DNA of 64,000 nucleotides from the human T2T-CHM13v2.0 reference genome, Homo sapiens: NCBI RefSeq assembly GCF_009914755.1, contig NC_060930.1; one strand, 5' to 3'. Shown piece by piece: positions 57,101 to 64,000 of this stretch (position 1 is its first letter; each line of letters starts with the position of its first letter). The notes under the pieces were generated by a model. It saw only the letters and a program-made list of their open reading frames with translations, ran no database searches and was not told where the DNA came from. The position numbers and the translations under genes were made by a program.

Positions 57101-60100
57101 CTAGTAGTGAATGACAGTAAGCAGAGCCTACCCTTGTATGTATGTGCACATGAGGTCCTAAGGCAATGATGGCTCAAGAGACTTAGGTCGAACTGAGCAA
57201 CTCTAGAGAAGTGAGAAAAGCTAGGCCCCTCCATAAGGATACTATAAGTTGCCTGAGAAAGGAAGTTTATCCATTCTACTTCATTATTGTATTACCTATG
57301 GCAGTAGGAATCAGCCTAGGTGTCCATTACGCAAGGAGCATGTAAGTAGGGAGATGTGCTAAGCTAGACCGGACAAGATCTAAGTCCACTTATGTCGAAC
57401 ATGCATCCGACATCACATTTTACATGCCAATATATGAACTAGAATATTTGCCTATGGTGAGCAAATGGAAGTAAAAAGAAAAACTGAACTGAAGCCTTGC
57501 GTGGATTAAGCACATCGAAGTAAGGGTTACATTTACTCCCGAGTGTCAGGAAGATTCCTCTTCTCTAGAGAAGGTAAGGATTAAGTCAGTGAATTCTGTA
57601 GGAGGAATAAAATTAAGTTTCAGGAGATCTGTGAGATTCTGAGGAGCATAAGTCAAAGCTCCCCATCCCCTGCTCCAATTAACCCCCCCAAACATAAGCT
57701 GCCACAGGGCCTTTGAAAGTTTATTCGTGAAGATAGGCCAGAATCATCCTGGTTTTTTAAGTCTTAGCTGAGAAATATGGACCTTAAGGAGTTACAGAAG
57801 TTACCCTACGCCATAGGATTACAAGATCCCCTTATCGATGAAAGTTCAAAGATGGGGTTTGCTATCTGGCCTGTCTTTGCATAGGTGTCCCTATAATTGA
57901 GTCTTCCATTGTTAGGAAGGAAAGCAGTCATATCATCTTTAGGGTCCTTTGGTTTATTCTGAAGTTTAATTCCTTCAAGTCATGAGGAACATGGCACCAT
58001 GACAGGCCTATCATTAGGATAGTCACTAGACAAAGGGTGGACTGGCTCCTCAGTCTGTTAGCTGTCCCATTTTCAAGCCCTGCCTAGATAATGGGATAAG
58101 CATTCCTGACCAGGAAGAGGGGATCATGTATGTCAAAGGTATAAAACGGGCCTTAGGTAGCAGCTCAGGAACAAGACGTGTGGCTGTTTAAGTTAACAGG
58201 ATTCACTACGGAATATGACTTCGTTTTCCTCCCCTTTCCCTACCATTCCTACCCATTAAGCAAATGTCACTAGAAGTCTGACTTAGGTGAATCGGGCAGG
58301 TTAGGGAAACCTTGCCCTTTAATGGAATCTTCCCAGTGAAAACCATTTATTGTGAACTATCCGAACAGCAAGCTGAGGCAGAGCATTTAGGAGTCAGTCG
58401 CATTTCGTTCTGAAACATAGGAATTGGAATTAAAGTTTACACCTATGGCAAGGTATCAGTGATCTGTATTTGAAGAGGCCATGTCTCCTCCCTGGAGGAC
58501 TCAAGTCTAAGGGACCAGGTCAGGTAATACACACGACTTCCAATGGACAAAGAACTTTAAGCAGTGAGCCAGAAGGGAGAACTTAGTCTTGAAGAGCTTT
58601 GACAAACTTCTAAATTATGCTGAAGATCTGTGCTCAACTTTCACCTATCCAAACAGTAGCAACTGGTGAATAGAAATCCAAGATTCAAGATTACTCCAGC
58701 AACACAAGGCAACTATACTTGAGGATTAAAAACTTCAGCTCTACTTTTCTTATGTAGCAAGGCAGAAGAGAACATGGAAGACCACTAGTTGGAAACCAGA
58801 AACAGAACTGACTGCCCAAAGCACAATAGAAAGAAGTCTAAGTGCACTCCAAGTTCTATAAGAGCTTTCAGAACAAATTCTTGTAGTGCCCCCTTCATTG
58901 ATCGTGTTTCCCCATCCCACTCCAGCCATATGCAATGATGACAGAATAAGGGCAGGTGAGGTTCATGGGTCCTTAGGCTGACACTTTCCTACTTTTCCTG
59001 CAAGCAAGGCTTGGGTTTGTCTTTCCTGGCTAGGCAAGATAGATCTCCCAGAAAATGTTATTGCCCTGTTGGGCTGGCTGCTTCTCTTGGGGGCCCCAGA
59101 CCCTTCTACTGATTGGTTGCTGGTCCCAGCCAGGCTTTTTGTTTCTGAAAAGCTATAACCCTGTAGCCCTGTCCCTCCAGTTTTCAGGAGAGAAGTTTTC
59201 CCTATAATCCAAGTTCTGATGGATCCAGGAAGATCTGATTTGGTTTATCTTGAAGGTCAGAAGTGAACTTATAAAGCTCTCTCTATGTCAGGGCACAAAA
59301 ACAGAAGTCCAGTTAAGGTTAATTTATAATAAGAGCATCAAGAAGTCAGTAAGGTTGATGGTTCAGCAAGTTGTCATTGAAACTTAGAGATTAAGTTTCC
59401 CTTTAAGATAGAAGCCTAAACTTGTCCTACAGGTTTCATTCTGTTAACCAAAGGAGGCCTTCCTAAAGTGAAATTCAACTTAAAAGCAAGCTACTGGCAG
59501 TCTGGATATGAAGCTTTTAGTTTGAGGTTATCATTAAGGGTAAGATGAGTAGAAATCCTGGAACATCCCCTAATATGCTCCTTTCTAGACAAGATTGTGA
59601 AAAATTTAATGTTCAGGAGTTGAAGTAGGAAAATTCGTTTGTTCTGAAATTATGAATACAGCCATTGTAGGGAACTGAGACTTCTTTGGGGTTTTCATCT
59701 TGAAGTAAAAGATCTGTCTATGGGTTTATTCTTTGCCAATTAAGGTTTCTTAATGAGAACACAGAAATAAACGATTGCCAAGTTTACATGTATGTGAGAT
59801 TATGGGGACCTGGAAAAGGCCAGCTCTGTTTTCATGTCTACTGGGAGACACTTGATCTCTTGGAAAGTGGTTAGGATAAAGCATCAAGCCCTGCCGCAGA
59901 GCTTCTGCAAAGGAAAGTGACTCTGGGGTATCCCAGAGCAGTAGACAGGATCAGGGACTGACAAGTGATTCTGAACAGTCCAGTGAATCAAGACAGGGTC
60001 TGCTCTCACCTAAGGTTTCTCACAGAAATAACTCAAAGTATGGCAGAAGGCACCATTTCTTCCCCTGGGCTACCTTTTAGATTGAGACTTTTATGAAAGA

Positions 60101-63100
60101 CTCTATACTCTTTTCAAGTTGCCAAGAGCTTGGGTTATCATGGTGCTACAGTTCTTGGGAAAGGCCAAGCTACGCAGGCTATGAGCTAGTCCAAACCTTA
60201 CCCCCAGGTCCACGAAGGGAGTCTGATGGACCAGAAAGGAAAGGAGTAGCCAAGTGTTCAGCCACTTGGCCATCTCTATAGGAACACATGGGTTGTGACA
60301 AGCAGGCTGAGGAGTGGGAGTCCCTATAGCCAGGGCCTTCCAAGAACATTCTTGCCAGAGGCCTCCACTTGGAGAGCCAGCCATATAAGCCCCCTTTTCC
60401 CACTGCTGCTCACTCAATTCCAGGACAAGTATGAGTTACCCAAAGGCTACACAATTTAGTGGCAAAGGATGGGACACTAGGAACAAACATGGAAGAGGAA
60501 GATGCTGCCAAGCCTTGAGGACAGCTTACACTCGAGGCATGGGGCTATGCGCAGAGGGGAGCCTCCCACAAACCACCATACCTGGAACTGAAGCCAAGTG
60601 ATCTAGGCAGTGGAGGGAGTACAGGGCCATCAGTCAATAGTTAGCTAGTTACAGAATTGGCAGTATGCCCAGCTTCCTACTAATCACCACTGAAGCCTCA
60701 TGGCCCAGAGATACTTATTTTAACAAGTCAGATTCTCAGCTTTTGGAGGAGCTTAAGTAACTCATCCAAGACAAGAAATGTGGCAGGATCCAGGCCAAAG
60801 CTATATCTGGCCCCAAAAGCGTGTGACCTGAGCATTTTGGCCATATGGCCCATCACACTTCCCTGCCACTGAGGGTCTATTAGGGAAAGGCTGGAAGCCA
60901 AGCTTTGTCATGAGTGGCTTCCCTGTAGAAAGTCCAGAAATTGTGTTCTACCTAGTTCTGGAACCATCTGACAGCAGTTCTTCTGGCATGAATAAAATAG
61001 GATACAGAAAGCCTAGAAAATTGGGTTAACTAGCTCATTATCAGAGCAACAACCAACAGCCTTAAGTTCACCCGCATCACAAGTCTGCTTCTGCAATCAA
61101 CACATTCTATATATCAGCTGAGCAGGCCGGGACCCTCAGAACTAGAACTCTCAAATTCTGTGAGCTTCATATTTGAGCTTGGCAGAGCCCAACATCCCTC
61201 ACCTGACATGGTTCCATATCCATATCATAGCTTCCAGGCTCAAAGACTCAGCCATGTAAGATTTTAGGCACCTACAGGGACCTGGGTTTAAGTCACTGTC
61301 ACTTGTCCTCCACCTTGCCTTTTTGCCTGTCCCCAGGAACTTCTGCTAAATTAAGTGTTAGAGCTGAAAGTCTGTATGAATTCCTGGCCATCTCCCCAGC
61401 CCTTACTCATAAGTTACAGCCATGGCTATACAACCGTGAGGCCAACAGTTCAATGTTGCAGCGAGTAGCACCTGTAGACTAATTAGCAAGCCTTCCTCAA
61501 CCTGAGAGTAATTCTATTCCTCTAGATGGAATCTTTCATTAAAGCAGCTAATGCAGTTTATGTGAACCGTCCTGGATTACTGGCCCAGGTTTGACCTTGC
61601 AAGATTGTTTATCACCAGCCATACTTTGGGAACCCTGAGAAGCTAAGCAACTTTTCATCCATGCCTTAAGAAAGGACATTTGATATCTGAAGACACTTGA
61701 ACAGGGTCATACGATTCTAGGTGTAAGGTCTGGATAGGTGAGTGCTAAGCAGACAATCGGGCACCACAGCTAGATTTAGAGCCTGCCAGGCTACAAGGAG
61801 GTATAAGGCACTTAGGTTCGAGTGACATATTTGTTACCAATTGAGCAGGAGTGCCATGCTGCAGGAAGAGTGCAGGTGCTAAGACACCTGTGACAAGCTC
61901 AGAGTAGGAGTACTCTACCAGCTAACATTTACTGAGCACGTACTAAAATGTGCGCTGCACTATATCCACAATTGTGTAATCACAATCCTCAGCTTAAGCC
62001 ACTTTTCCAGTTGTTACTCACCTGAGTTTAGAGCCATTAAATAGCTCCCAGGTGAACTCAAGCTCATATCCCCCAACCACTATCACATTACACTGCTGTG
62101 AAGTTATTTCCACATACAGGACCCGAGATTGATGCCCTGGTCAAACAGTAGTTCCATGACAGAAGTAGATCTAATCCTGAATCCAGACTCAGGCACTCCT
62201 ACCTGTAATCTGAAAGTAATTGTTCCCGAAGCACTTCAAATGGCCTCCAGAAGAGATATTTTAAGGAGTTTTAAGTTCGTGGCCCTTAAACTAGATCATG
62301 GCTAGGCAGACTCCACACTGACTGCCCCTTGCCCAGTTTTCAAGGCAGTCCAACACTTCCCACACAGCTTCCCAGTTCAGTGGGCTGAGCCACCTCCAGG
62401 CCCCTGGTTCTCCTGCTTCCCAGGCCAGCCGCCTATCAACTCCCCAACGTTCCCTTTGTGCGTATTTAGGCTTTATTTGCTTCTCTAAAGCCTTCAGCCT
62501 GTTTGAGTTTGATAATGGGTCCCCCCTCCAGATTAGCTATGCTCTGACCCTTAGTGCACCTGAATTTTGTCTCTGCCAATATACTGCATTAAGTACTGCA
62601 CTCTAGCCCATCCCTGGGAACTGCCAGGGAGAGCACCCACGTGTAGCTCTAGATTAGTGGAGGAACTCTCATCCAGGTAGAGGATGGCATGTCAGGCCAT
62701 TACTGTCACAGCTGTGGGCTCCGAACTCCCCTTAGGTGAGGTAGGCGAGTATGGTATCTCAGGCCTAAGCCATCAGGGAGTTTCTGGGAGCTTTTTAGTT
62801 ATGCTTCTATTAGAGAAATTCCTGTCAGTCCAGTCCCTACTTAGGATCCATCCCCAGGGCAGTGCCCGAGGAAGGGATTTGAGCAACACCCATAAGGGAA
62901 AACCGTAGTTCTTAAAGGTTGATACTGTAACTATCATCTGGTGTTCCAGTTCAACCCACATTAGGTATTTATTATCTTCAGCTGTAGGAGACGTGGGTCT
63001 TCAGGTTTAAGAGATTTTGGCAGATTCAAATTCACGTTTCTGTCTGGCTTTTGCAATAGCACACCTGTTCCCATTTTTATCAGTGGTGGGAAGAGATTTT

Positions 63101-63795
63101 AGGACAAGATTTCTTCAGAGCAACCCTGTAGCTGCTCGTTTCTGAGGGAGTGTATCAAAAGGCTTAAGGGATAGAAAAGGAAGTAAGGGGCCACCATCCC
63201 CAAGACCTGGTCACAGAAGCCAGGCTACGGGTTTGCTCAAGGGTACAAGGATGTTGGTGAGAGCAGGAAAGTCTCATCTGTCATCTTAGAAGATGCCAAT
63301 AAGTCACTGCCTGCTAGAAGCTTTTGAATTGTTTCTGTGAGTCGGAGACAGCAAGTCACCCCAAGTTCCTATGCAGTAGTTCAGGCCTATCTGTACACCC
63401 CCTTCCTATTGCCTAGAAAATCTTATAGCTTTAAGGACGCTAGCAGAGCTAGCCTCCTCACTCCATAGGGCCACTTATCCTAAGCAACCCACTCCTAAAG
63501 AAGGTTCACTCATGGGAGGGAGAAAGCAAGCTTTCCTTAGTACACTTTTAGTTATCATGGGAGTTTTAGGCATTTTCCCCAGTTATATAGTCCCCACGAC
63601 AGTTTCTCCTGTAAGTAAGGAGACAAACAAAAAAGCAGGGGGTTTAATAAAGGACAGGATTCTAGTAGACCCCAATAAGGGCTCCTGCCTTTAATCAGCC
63701 AGCTTGCACGTTAGGGCCCTGCAAGTCACATGAATGAGGCCGGCAGAGGGAGGCTGCTTCATGTACTGCAGCTTACTACACAAACAGAAGAAACT

Positions 63796-63942
63796 CACCC
63801 AGGAAAATTCAGAGAGGTTGGTTTTAAGAGACCACCGTTCTCCCCTACACCCCCCCCACTCCCTTTCCCACCCAGGAAAATTCAGAGAGGTCGGCTTTCA
63901 GAAACCACCATTCCCCGCCCTGCCCCCCACCTCTTTTCCCAC
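63796..63942 (+). repeat. 73-bp diverged tandem duplication, C-rich
   Basis: CACCCAGGAAAATTCAGAGAGGT occurs at 63796 and 63869, and each copy is followed by ACCACC..C-runs..TTTCCC. Confidence 0.9.
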
Positions 63943-64000
63943 AACATTCCTCTATTAGAAAGACAGAAAGAAAGAAAGGCTTTATACAACACTCCCCAGC

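Overview
Primate (human-like) non-coding genomic DNA with no credible protein-coding gene, tRNA, rRNA or CRISPR array. The ORF track consists of chance ORFs or decayed retroelement frames. About 56 kb is a dense stack of retroelement remnants: at least four class III (ERVL-type) proviral internals, many solo LTRs (LTR8, LTR16, LTR47-like, THE1, LTR2, MER21), five Alus, several L1 3' ends (two with twin-priming inversions), L2, and a MADE1 fragment. From ~56.7 kb onward the sequence is mostly unique and locally richer in CpG. The most unusual signal is mutational. By eye, against recalled consensus sequences, the repeats carry a heavy load of CpA>TpA / TpG>TpA changes on both strands, frequent 2-6 bp deletions at short repeats, many local tandem duplications and an apparent + strand A>G excess. 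My inference is a non-coding locus very heavily transcribed in the germline, such as a pachytene piRNA-precursor-type cluster, with a local hypermutation process. Repeat names come from memory of consensus sequences, not from a search, and most boundaries of old elements are approximate.
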